From NCBI GenBank assembly GCA_037446635.1, contig JBBIIG010000058.1, forward strand, positions 1 through 25,578: a stretch of DNA of 25,578 bases. The letters are read 5' to 3'. The first letter of the stretch is position 1, and the number at the start of each line of letters is the position of its first letter. This DNA comes from a bacterium (lineage in GTDB: Bacteria > Zhuqueibacterota > Zhuqueibacteria > Oceanimicrobiales > Oceanimicrobiaceae). Made by a program: the position numbers and the translations under genes. The notes below the pieces were generated by a model. The model worked only from the letters and a program-made list of their open reading frames with translations. It was not told where the DNA came from and ran no database searches. Shown here piece after piece: positions 1-6,746 of the stretch.

Positions 1-914
1 GCAAATCGCAGGGTGGCAGTTTTTGTCCCCAACGAAGTCGGAGCGAAGCTCACCGTCACGTCCCGGCTCTGGCCCGGCGTCAGCGTGAACGCGCCGCCGC
101 CGCTGTCGATGGAAAATTGTCCGGCGTCCGTTCCAACCAAAGTCGTCGAACTTACCTCTAAATTTGCACTGCCGTCGTTCTTTACCACAAATGTCTTCTG
201 TGAGCTATTTCCCACCACCACGTCGCCGTAATTGTGGGAGGCCGGCGCGACGGTGATATCCGGCGCCGGTGCAACCCCACTGCCGCTTAAGTTGACATCC
301 AATGAATTCTCATCCGGGTCATCGCTGTCAAAGCGCAGCGCTGCGCTTTTTGAACCTTCGGACGCCGGATTGAAGCTAACCTGAATATTGCGGTTGGCGC
401 CGGGCGTTAACGTAAACGCGCCCCCGCCGCTGTCCAGGCTAAACTCGCCGGCGGCGCTGCCCATCAAAGCGACGGCGCTGACGTTCAAATCAACATCGCC
501 CGAGTTGCTGACCACAAACGTTGTCGCGGCGTTGGCGCCCACGATCACCTGCCCAAAATCATACGACGACGGATTCACCGCGATGTCCGGCGCCGGCACA
601 ACCGCGTTTCCCGAAAGACTAACATCGAGAGGATTACGGTTGGGATCGTTGCTGTCCAAGCGCAGGGTTGCCAACTTGCTGCCTCCGGAAGTCGGATTGA
701 AACGGACGACTACATTTTGAGCCGCGCCGGGCGAAAGCGTGAAGCCGCCGCCGCCCTCGAGGTTGAACTCAGCCGCGTTGCTTCCCACCAGCGACGCGCC
801 GGTAACCTCGAGATTCTGATTGCCGGAGTTGCTAACCACAAACGTTTGGGAAGCGATTGCGCCAACCGCAACGGTTGCGAAATTGTGCGAAGCCGGATTG
901 ATGGTAATGAGCGG
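1..914 (-). repeat. Three intragenic tandem protein repeats of about 108-109 aa (starting near 914, 590 and 263; the third is cut by the edge)
   Basis: Recurring pattern PxIxxxPxSxxF/Y...TFVVxNxGxxxLxV...GGGxFTLxPG...VxFxPxSxGxKxAxLR with spacings of 324 and 327 nt. Confidence 0.9.
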
Positions 915-1166
915 GCCGTCTTGTCCGCAGGGCAGCCGGTTAATGGGTTGGCTGTTAGAATCCCAAGGCGTGCGATTAAATACAAACTGCTGCTGGCTAT
1001 TCAACGTGATGGTCACTTGCAGCGGCAGCGCAATCGCGCCTTTATCGACAATCACTTTGGCTAAATTGCTCACCTTGTAGGGATCTCTGAGCGCAAAGCT
1101 GTGATGCTCGCCCATAATGTACAAAACCCGTTTTCCGAAATTAGAAACAGCCTGCAGAAATTGGTC
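1..1166 (-). CDS. C-terminal continuation (second frame, partial, runs off the window) of the secreted metallophosphoesterase: end of the catalytic domain plus at least 3 tandem Ig-like (choice-of-anchor D / ASPM-SPD-2-Hydin-like) repeats
   Basis: Translated by hand; not in the ORF track because it has no stop in the window. The frame is open from 1166 (after TGA at 1167-1169) to position 1: FLQAVSNFGKRVLYIMGEHHSF...PLITINPASHNFATVAVG...FVVSNSGNQNLEV...FTLSPGAAQNVVVRFNPTSGGSKLATLRLDSNDP...LSG. Confidence 0.85.
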
Positions 1167-1792
1167 TCAAAAAGTTCATCGCTTTTTCTTAGAGAATGCC
1201 CGAAAACCACCGCCGCCCGCACCAACGAGCCCTTTTCTTGAAACTGTTGATTCACCCAATCGGCGTTATCTTGCAGGCGCTGGTTCCAATTTCCCACCTC
1301 GGTATGGGTGCCGCCCACCATGTTCAAGCCAATAATCAAAACGCCTTTTTTGATAAACGCAAAATTTTCCGGGCGAATGCTTTGTCTTTCCACCACCGGC
1401 GCGCCGCAAAAATTCTGCTCGAAATTCATAAAATAGCTTGCCCAGAACGACCAGGCCTCTTCCGGATTGGCGCAATCGGTCCACTCGTTGTCGCCCGGAA
1501 TCACGAACGTCGGCGCGTCTAATTCCAGCAGATAATTGGCGAATCTTGAGTAGGATGACTCGGCGCAGTTGGTACTGGTGCCCTTGATGTCCCCCACATG
1601 CACCATGAATTCTGATGGACTGTACAGGTTATGCTCTGCAATTTGTTGTTGCAGGATCAACTCTTCACTGGAACTGTAAGGAATGTCGCCCATCACAGAA
1701 AAAATGAGCTCTTCATTTTGCGCCCAAATCCAATCATTCAGAAGCAAAACAGTCAGGATGGTGAGAAGGAAAAGATCCCTGAAGCCGCGCAT
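1070..1792 (-). CDS. Secreted calcineurin-like metallophosphoesterase, N-terminal part (frameshifted near 1158-1166)
   Basis: ATG at 1792 follows GGAGG. Signal peptide MRGFRDLFLLTILTVLLLNDWIWA|Q. Motifs GDIPY, HVGDIK, PGDNEW and VVFGH are present; the last motif region (YIMGEHH) lies in the other frame. Confidence 0.85.
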   Translation of the reverse strand: MRGFRDLFLLTILTVLLLNDWIWAQNEELIFSVMGDIPYSSSEELILQQQIAEHNLYSPSEFMVHVGDIKGTSTNCAESSYSRFANYLLELDAPTFVIPGDNEWTDCANPEEAWSFWASYFMNFEQNFCGAPVVERQSIRPENFAFIKKGVLIIGLNMVGGTHTEVGNWNQRLQDNADWVNQQFQEKGSLVRAAVVFGHSLRKSDELFETNFCRLFLISENGFCTLWASITALRSEIPTR

Positions 1793-1920
1793 AGATGCCT
1801 CCCTGTAAGTTGAAATGCCGCTAAAAAACTTGTCCGGGTATAAATGGCGAAGTGTGGACACGCCCCCAATGTAAAAGTTAGTTGGTGTGAGATAACTTAC
1901 GGTTGTAAACTACACCATTC

Positions 1921-1948
1921 TTAGAACAAATGGCGAAAAAACGGTTGC
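1921..1948 (-). promoter_or_regulatory. Candidate ECF-type promoter upstream of the metallophosphoesterase
   Basis: Minus strand reads GCAACC-N16-TTCTAA, resembling the AAC / TCTAA pattern of ECF promoters. Motif match only. Confidence 0.25.
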
Positions 1949-1976
1949 GTTTCGACGGAAAATATTGGTAGGAAGC

Positions 1977-2201
1977 TCAATTGAGATTACCGTACACGTC
2001 CTGGTACTCAATCGGAAAATAGGCGCCGGTGTGTTTGGTTTTAGGTTTGGGGTTGCTGAGTTTGATAGCGCCGGTGCGCCAGTTCTCTCGCAGCTCGTAA
2101 TCGCATTTCGGGCAGCGGTAGATGATCCAATCGCCGCTGCGAGCGGCGTCGCAGTGGTGATGTTTCATTTTGGCAGATGATCGGGTTTTCGGTTTCGACA
2201 C
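1977..2201 (-). CDS. Small hypothetical protein with HHHC and CPKC motifs, possibly metal-binding
   Basis: GTG start with AGGAG just upstream; 74 aa; same strand as and 45 nt downstream of the VanZ-family gene. Confidence 0.7.
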   Translation of the reverse strand: MSKPKTRSSAKMKHHHCDAARSGDWIIYRCPKCDYELRENWRTGAIKLSNPKPKTKHTGAYFPIEYQDVYGNLN

Positions 2202-2246
2202 ATCTTCTCCTAAAAGTGAGCTGCTTTTAATTTAAATCGTCTGATA

Positions 2247-2675
2247 TCAAAATAACTTTAGAATTTTATCCGAGAAAGTTCGCCATGCGCGCCCTGTTCC
2301 CCCGTTGGCTGCGAGCCGGCGAAACAACTGCCAGTAAAGGAACAGGCCGAATGCCACCCCGGCGCAATCCGCCAAAAAGTCGCTGAAGGTGCAGTACCGT
2401 CCCGGCACAAAGATTTGGTGAAACTCATCCGAGGCGCCGTAAAGACAGCCGATTAAAATCACCAGCCATCCCGATTTTCGCGGCAGGCGTTGGGCCGTCG
2501 GAATCAAAGCGTGGGCCAACAATAATCCGAAAACAGAATAGGCGGCAAAGTGCAGGAACAAATCCTTGAAATTCAACACCAGGCTGGGTAACGATTGTGA
2601 AGGGATGGAGGAGAGAGTAAACAGCACCGCGGCCCAAACAACGGCAGGCAGCCGGTAGATCAAAAATCGTTTCAC
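2247..2675 (-). CDS. VanZ family membrane protein
   Basis: Four hydrophobic segments with the signatures HFAAYSVFG and YGASDEFHQIFVPGR...DFLAD. The GTG at 2675, 1 nt after the acpS stop, is preferred to the track start at 2693. Confidence 0.88.
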   Translation of the reverse strand: MKRFLIYRLPAVVWAAVLFTLSSIPSQSLPSLVLNFKDLFLHFAAYSVFGLLLAHALIPTAQRLPRKSGWLVILIGCLYGASDEFHQIFVPGRYCTFSDFLADCAGVAFGLFLYWQLFRRLAANGGTGRAWRTFSDKILKLF

Positions 2676-2676
2676 G

Positions 2677-3051
2677 TTACTTATCGTCCTCAACCGCCAC
2701 CATTGCGGCGGCGTAGTCCTTTGTGTGGGTTAAGCTCAAAAGCACCCGTTTATTCTCCACTAACTTCGCCGTGATTCCGTTAATTCGCAGGCTGGGTTTG
2801 CCGGCGTCGTCGTTCGCCACCTCGACGTCGGTCCAGCGAAAATGCTTGCACCACCCGTGCCCCAGGGCTTTGGCCAGCGCCTCTTTGGCCGCAAACCGCA
2901 CTGCAAAACACTCCGCCGAATGCACGCGCTGTCGGCAGCGGGCGATTTCATTGGCGGTGAAAAGCCGCGATAGGAATTTTTCGTCCCACTTTGCGACGGC
3001 CTGCGCGATGCGCTGAATTTCCACCACGTCAATTCCGACGCCGAGAATCAA
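2677..3051 (-). CDS. acpS: Holo-[acyl-carrier-protein] synthase
   Basis: GVGIDVVEIQRI, RFAAKEALAKALG, GKP and LSLTH motifs; 124 aa; TTG start with AAGGA upstream. Confidence 0.95.
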   Translation of the reverse strand: MILGVGIDVVEIQRIAQAVAKWDEKFLSRLFTANEIARCRQRVHSAECFAVRFAAKEALAKALGHGWCKHFRWTDVEVANDDAGKPSLRINGITAKLVENKRVLLSLTHTKDYAAAMVAVEDDK

Positions 3052-3080
3052 GTCAACTTTCCTTCCGCATTTTTAGTAGC

Positions 3081-3112
3081 CAAAGATACAAGCAGCGGGC
3101 GGTTGTTGCAAA
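3081..3112 (-). promoter_or_regulatory. Candidate promoter of acpS
   Basis: Minus strand reads TTGCAA-N17-TATCTT; the same site also reads TTTG-N20-TATCTTTG. Confidence 0.45.
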
Positions 3113-3122
3113 ATATTTTTTC

Positions 3123-3151
3123 TTGACACTGAACATTTTTTAACGTAGTTT
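3123..3151 (+). promoter_or_regulatory. Candidate sigma70 promoter of the ECF sigma gene
   Basis: TTGACA(3123-3128)-N17-TAGTTT(3146-3151), ending 35 nt before the GTG start. Confidence 0.55.
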
Positions 3152-3186
3152 TTTTCAAAATTTTACGTCGCATTCAAGGTCCCGCG

Positions 3187-3759
3187 GTGAAACCAACCAG
3201 TTCCGAATTAATCAAACGCGCCATCGAAGGCGATGAGTCTGCCTACAAGCAGCTCCTCGAAAACTACCGCGGCGCCATCTACAATCTTCTCTACAAGATG
3301 GTGCATAACCGCGAGGAAACCGAAGACCTGGTGCAAGAGGCTTTTATGAAAGCCTTCAACGCTCTCCCCACGTTCAACGAAGAGTATGCCTTCTCCACCT
3401 GGTTGTACAAAATCGCCATCAACAATTGCATCGACCACATGCGCAAGAAGCGGCTCAAAACCTATTCCATCAACAAGCCGGTGCAATCGAAAGACGGCGA
3501 GCTGGGCCGGGAATTTCCCGACGTTTCCAGCAGCCCGGATAAAGAACTGCTTTCGGACGAGCGCTCCAAAATCATCGCCTCGGCCATCGATGAGCTGCCG
3601 GAAAATTATAAAATCGCCATCATCCTCCGCCACACCGAGGAAAAATCCTACGAAGAAATCGCCACGCTGCTGAACATCCCGCTGGGCACCGTTAAAGCCC
3701 GCATTTTCCGCGCCCGCGAAATGCTGAAGAAAAAATTGAAGGGCAAAATCTTTCGTTAA
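3187..3759 (+). CDS. ECF-subfamily RNA polymerase sigma-70 factor (RpoE/SigW-like)
   Basis: Region 2: EDLVQEAFMKAF...FSTWLYKIAINNCID. Region 4: SYEEIATLLNIPLGTVKARIFRAR. 190 aa. Confidence 0.95.
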   Translation: MKPTSSELIKRAIEGDESAYKQLLENYRGAIYNLLYKMVHNREETEDLVQEAFMKAFNALPTFNEEYAFSTWLYKIAINNCIDHMRKKRLKTYSINKPVQSKDGELGREFPDVSSSPDKELLSDERSKIIASAIDELPENYKIAIILRHTEEKSYEEIATLLNIPLGTVKARIFRAREMLKKKLKGKIFR

Positions 3760-3762
3760 AGA

Positions 3763-3910
3763 TTGCCACTGATACACAGAGTTCAAGCCCCAACTAAAAC
3801 TTAACCGCAAGGTTGGCAAGGAAAACGCAAAACGCGCAAAAGTTGATTCATTTTCTAATTTGTAGTACAGAGATTGATCCTTCTCAGTGTTCTCAGTGAC
3901 TCTGTGGCAA
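3763..3910. repeat. Imperfect inverted repeat made of 9-bp-period CAC(A/T)GAG units, enclosing a run of GCAA units
   Basis: Left arm TTGCCACTGATACACAGAG (3763-3781) matches the reverse complement of the right arm CTCAGTGTTCTCAGTGACTCTGTGGCAA (3883-3910) at 15/19. Inner AACCGCAAGGTTGGCAAGGAAAACGCAAAACGCGCAAAA at 3803-3841. Confidence 0.7.
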
Positions 3911-4834
3911 AACTTGACTCTTCGCGAAATCCATCAGCACGCCAAACCGCAGCCCGCGATCGCTCACTGCGACTTCTTCATATCCAAACGCGCGCATGGC
4001 TTGCCACAAAATCATCGCGCCGGCTAAAATCACGTCCGCGCGCGCCGGGTTCAAACCCGGCAATTGCTTTTTCTGCGCGAGGTTTTTTCTTCTTAAATCT
4101 TCCACAATTCCGGCGACCTGCTGAAACGAAAGCGTGCAGCGATCGACGCGCTCGGCGTCGTACTCGCGCAATTGCAGGTGCATGGCCGCGAGGGTGGTCA
4201 CGGTTCCCGCTACGCCCACCAGGTTTTGCGGCGGCGGAGTAAAATTTTTTTGAATGACTTGAATCTGCTGATCGATAAAATTTTCCAGGGCGCGAAATTC
4301 ATCGTCGGCAACGGGGTCGCTGCGGACAAAGCGCTCGGTCAGCCGCACCGAGCCGATATCGATGCTCAGCGCGTGGGCGATGCGGTCGCGCTCACCGGCG
4401 ATGAATTCCGTGCTGCCGCCGCCGATGTCAATCAACAAAATATCGCCGGCCAAATGCTGTTTGTTGGAAAGCGCGCCCAAATAGGTCAAGCGCGCTTCGT
4501 CCCCGCCGCTCAGCACTCGCATCTCGACGCCAAACCGTTGCTTAATTTGAGCAATCAAGTCATCCCGGTTTTTTGCATCGCGGACCGCGCTGGTGCCGGA
4601 GATCACAATGCCCTCGACCTTCAGCTCGCGGCACGCGCGGAGATATTCGTCCAGCGCCTGCATCACGCGCGCCATCGCCTCCGCTTTCAAAAGCCGGCGT
4701 TCATCCACACCTTCGCCCAGCCGCACAATTTTTTCGCGCTGCACCAGGGGATGAATCTCCAACTGCGGGGAGACCTCCGCCGCCAGCAGCAGCGCCGTGT
4801 TGGTTCCAACATCGATTGAAGCCAGCCGTCTCAT
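3893..4834 (-). CDS. ppx: Ppx/GppA family exopolyphosphatase (short form, no C-terminal HD domain)
   Basis: ASIDVGTNT, VRLGEG, TSAVRDAKN, EARLTYLG, IDIGGGSTE, GSVRLTE, RADVILAG and GLRFGV motifs; 313 aa. Confidence 0.93.
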   Translation of the reverse strand: MRRLASIDVGTNTALLLAAEVSPQLEIHPLVQREKIVRLGEGVDERRLLKAEAMARVMQALDEYLRACRELKVEGIVISGTSAVRDAKNRDDLIAQIKQRFGVEMRVLSGGDEARLTYLGALSNKQHLAGDILLIDIGGGSTEFIAGERDRIAHALSIDIGSVRLTERFVRSDPVADDEFRALENFIDQQIQVIQKNFTPPPQNLVGVAGTVTTLAAMHLQLREYDAERVDRCTLSFQQVAGIVEDLRRKNLAQKKQLPGLNPARADVILAGAMILWQAMRAFGYEEVAVSDRGLRFGVLMDFAKSQVLPQSH

Positions 4835-4883
4835 AATTTTAATTTAGAACAAGAACCATGTAAAAATCACAAAAGTAGTAACT

Positions 4884-4954
4884 CACCACGAAGGACACAA
4901 AGACCACGAAGCTTAAAAACATCAAACTGACTTGTCTTCGAGAGCTTCGTGGTT
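4884..4954. repeat. Inverted repeat made of 9-bp-period CACGAAG units
   Basis: CACCACGAAGGACACAAAGACCACGAAG (4884-4911) faces CTTCGAGAGCTTCGTGGTT (4936-4954), with a perfect 11-bp stem 4903-4913 / 4943-4953. Confidence 0.75.
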
Positions 4955-5825
4955 AAAGCTTTCTTAAAATCATCCCCATCCATTCGTCTTTTACAACTTC
5001 CTTTTGAATCGAAAAGCCGGTTTCAATAAAGATTTTTCTCAACCTCGGCGCTTCTTCTGCTAAAATTCCAGTGGCGAACAAGCGCCCGGTGGGTTTAAGC
5101 AAGCGGCGAAACTCGCAAACGAGCGCGGTGATTTCCCGCCGATTGAGATTGGCGGCGATGATATCAAACCGCTGATTGCCCGGCACCGCCGCCGTGCTGC
5201 CGAGCAGCAATTCAATTTGCGAGGCGACGAAATTTTTGTGACAATTCTCCTGCGCCGCCTCGATGGCGAGGGGATCGATGTCCACCGCCACCGCCCGCCC
5301 TGCGCCCAATTTAACCGCCGCGATGGCGAGAATGCCGGTGCCGGCGCCCACGTCGAGCATCACGTCTCCACGTCGAACCGCTTCCGCCAAAAATTCCAGC
5401 GCCAGGTGAGTGGTGGCGTGATTGCCGGTGCCAAACGCTTGCTTGGGCTCGATCTCAATTATGGCGGCGGCGGTTGGCGGCAGCGGCGTCCAGCTCGGCT
5501 TAATCACCAATTTGTCAAAAATATAAATTGGCTTGAAGTGGCGTTTCCAGATGGCCTCCCAGTCGAGATTCTCCACCGGCCGTATTTCTATTTTTGGTTG
5601 GATGCGGCACAACCCCAGCGCCTTCAGCTCCGAATAGTAATTGAGAAGTTTACTCTGAATTTCTTCGGCGCCGACGGCCGCTGGAAAAAATCCAGATACA
5701 GCGTATTCAAATTGCTGGCAGCCCGCGCTGCCCAATTCAAACAAAAAATTACACACCGCCTCCTCAATTTCCGGAACGACGAAAACGCGCACTTCCAGCC
5801 ACTGGGCATCCGATTTACTTTGCAT
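4953..5825 (-). CDS. prmA: 50S ribosomal protein L11 methyltransferase
   Basis: DWEAIWKRHFKP, IKPSW, IEPKQAFGTGNHATT, LDVGAGTGILAI, DIDP and TGIL motifs. Overlaps the end of the upstream M28 gene by 11 nt. Confidence 0.95.
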   Translation of the reverse strand: MQSKSDAQWLEVRVFVVPEIEEAVCNFLFELGSAGCQQFEYAVSGFFPAAVGAEEIQSKLLNYYSELKALGLCRIQPKIEIRPVENLDWEAIWKRHFKPIYIFDKLVIKPSWTPLPPTAAAIIEIEPKQAFGTGNHATTHLALEFLAEAVRRGDVMLDVGAGTGILAIAAVKLGAGRAVAVDIDPLAIEAAQENCHKNFVASQIELLLGSTAAVPGNQRFDIIAANLNRREITALVCEFRRLLKPTGRLFATGILAEEAPRLRKIFIETGFSIQKEVVKDEWMGMILRKL

Positions 5826-6732
5826 AAATCAAACTCAAAATGAGCTGGCCCACCTGGGCGAGGCTTTCCGGGCTGCACTTGTCCGGGGTGTCTTCGCTGG
5901 TGTGCCAATAGGTGTAATTGAAATCGATGATATCGATGCAGGGGATGCCGGCGCGCAGCAGCGGCAGGTGATCGTCGGCTACCTCGTACCCCGGTTTGGC
6001 GATGAACGCGGGCAGCCCCAAGCGCGCGGCGCGCTGCCAGACCATCTCCACCCATTCAGGGGCGTAGCGCAGCGAATATTCTTCCTGGTAAATTTCCAGA
6101 TCGCGGTCGCCCACCATATCCAACAAAATACCCCAGCGCGGCCGGTAGTTGGGATCTTTGTTGTCGGCAAAATACTGCGCGCCGAGGGCGTAGCTTTCGG
6201 AGCGGCCGGATTGGCCGGCGTCCTCGCCATCGAAAAGAATAATATCAACCCCGTAACGCGGCGGCGTGCGCTGAAGGTGGCGCGCCGTTTCCAGCAGCAC
6301 CGCCACGCCCGAGGCGCCGTCGTTGGCGCCCGGAACGGGTTTGGAACGGTTAGCTGGCTCGGGGTCCTGATCGGCGAGGGGCCGGCTGTCCCAGTGGGCG
6401 CACAGCAAAACCCGTTCGGTTTTATCGACTCCAAAGCTGGCGACAATGTTGGTCAAAGTTACGTTTTGACCGGTCAGCGGCAACTTTTGTAGAAAAGTTT
6501 GGTGCACAACTTGAGCGCTGAAGCCTTGCAACTCTTTGGTGAGAAAGTCGCGGCAGGCGCGGTGCGCCGGGGTTCCGGGAACCCGCGCTCCGAAATCGCA
6601 CTGTTTGATGAGATATTGATAGGCGTTGTCGCCGTCAAAAGCCGGCGCGGCAGCGTTGCTCAATAAACCGCAGGCAAAAGATTCAACCAAAATTAAGAGC
6701 AGCCAAAAATAGCAGCGATGAGCGGAGCCGAT
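5815..6732 (-). CDS. M28 family zinc peptidase / glutaminyl-peptide cyclotransferase-like protein, probably exported
   Basis: FGARVPGT, CAHWDSRP, GANDGASG, FDGED, LLDMVG, DDH and YWHT motifs. The track starts at TTG 6690, but the frame is open upstream to an ATC at 6732 that lies 5 nt after GGAGG and adds a hydrophobic leader. Start position is uncertain. Confidence 0.85.
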   Translation of the reverse strand: MGSAHRCYFWLLLILVESFACGLLSNAAAPAFDGDNAYQYLIKQCDFGARVPGTPAHRACRDFLTKELQGFSAQVVHQTFLQKLPLTGQNVTLTNIVASFGVDKTERVLLCAHWDSRPLADQDPEPANRSKPVPGANDGASGVAVLLETARHLQRTPPRYGVDIILFDGEDAGQSGRSESYALGAQYFADNKDPNYRPRWGILLDMVGDRDLEIYQEEYSLRYAPEWVEMVWQRAARLGLPAFIAKPGYEVADDHLPLLRAGIPCIDIIDFNYTYWHTSEDTPDKCSPESLAQVGQLILSLIYAK

Positions 6733-6746
6733 TCGTTCCTCCGAAG

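Noticed and set aside
13..1080. Plus-strand ORFs 13..231, 388..720, 717..1064 and 820..1080 with repeated NAPPPLS-type text
   Set aside because: They are antisense shadows of the minus-strand Ig-repeat frame, which has coherent domain motifs.
1155..1175. Programmed -1 ribosomal frameshift or phase-variable tract
   Set aside because: No canonical slippery heptamer in frame, only short T runs, and the shorter product would lack part of the catalytic domain.
1793..1861. Longer GTG start of the metallophosphoesterase given in the track
   Set aside because: The ATG at 1792 has a GGAGG site and places the signal peptide at the N-terminus.
2247..2675. VanZ as evidence of glycopeptide resistance
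   Set aside because: VanZ-like proteins are widespread and no other van genes are present.
3130..3159. ECF autoregulatory promoter (GAACAT...TCAAA)
   Set aside because: The 18-nt spacer is too long; the overlapping TTGACA-N17-TAGTTT fits better.
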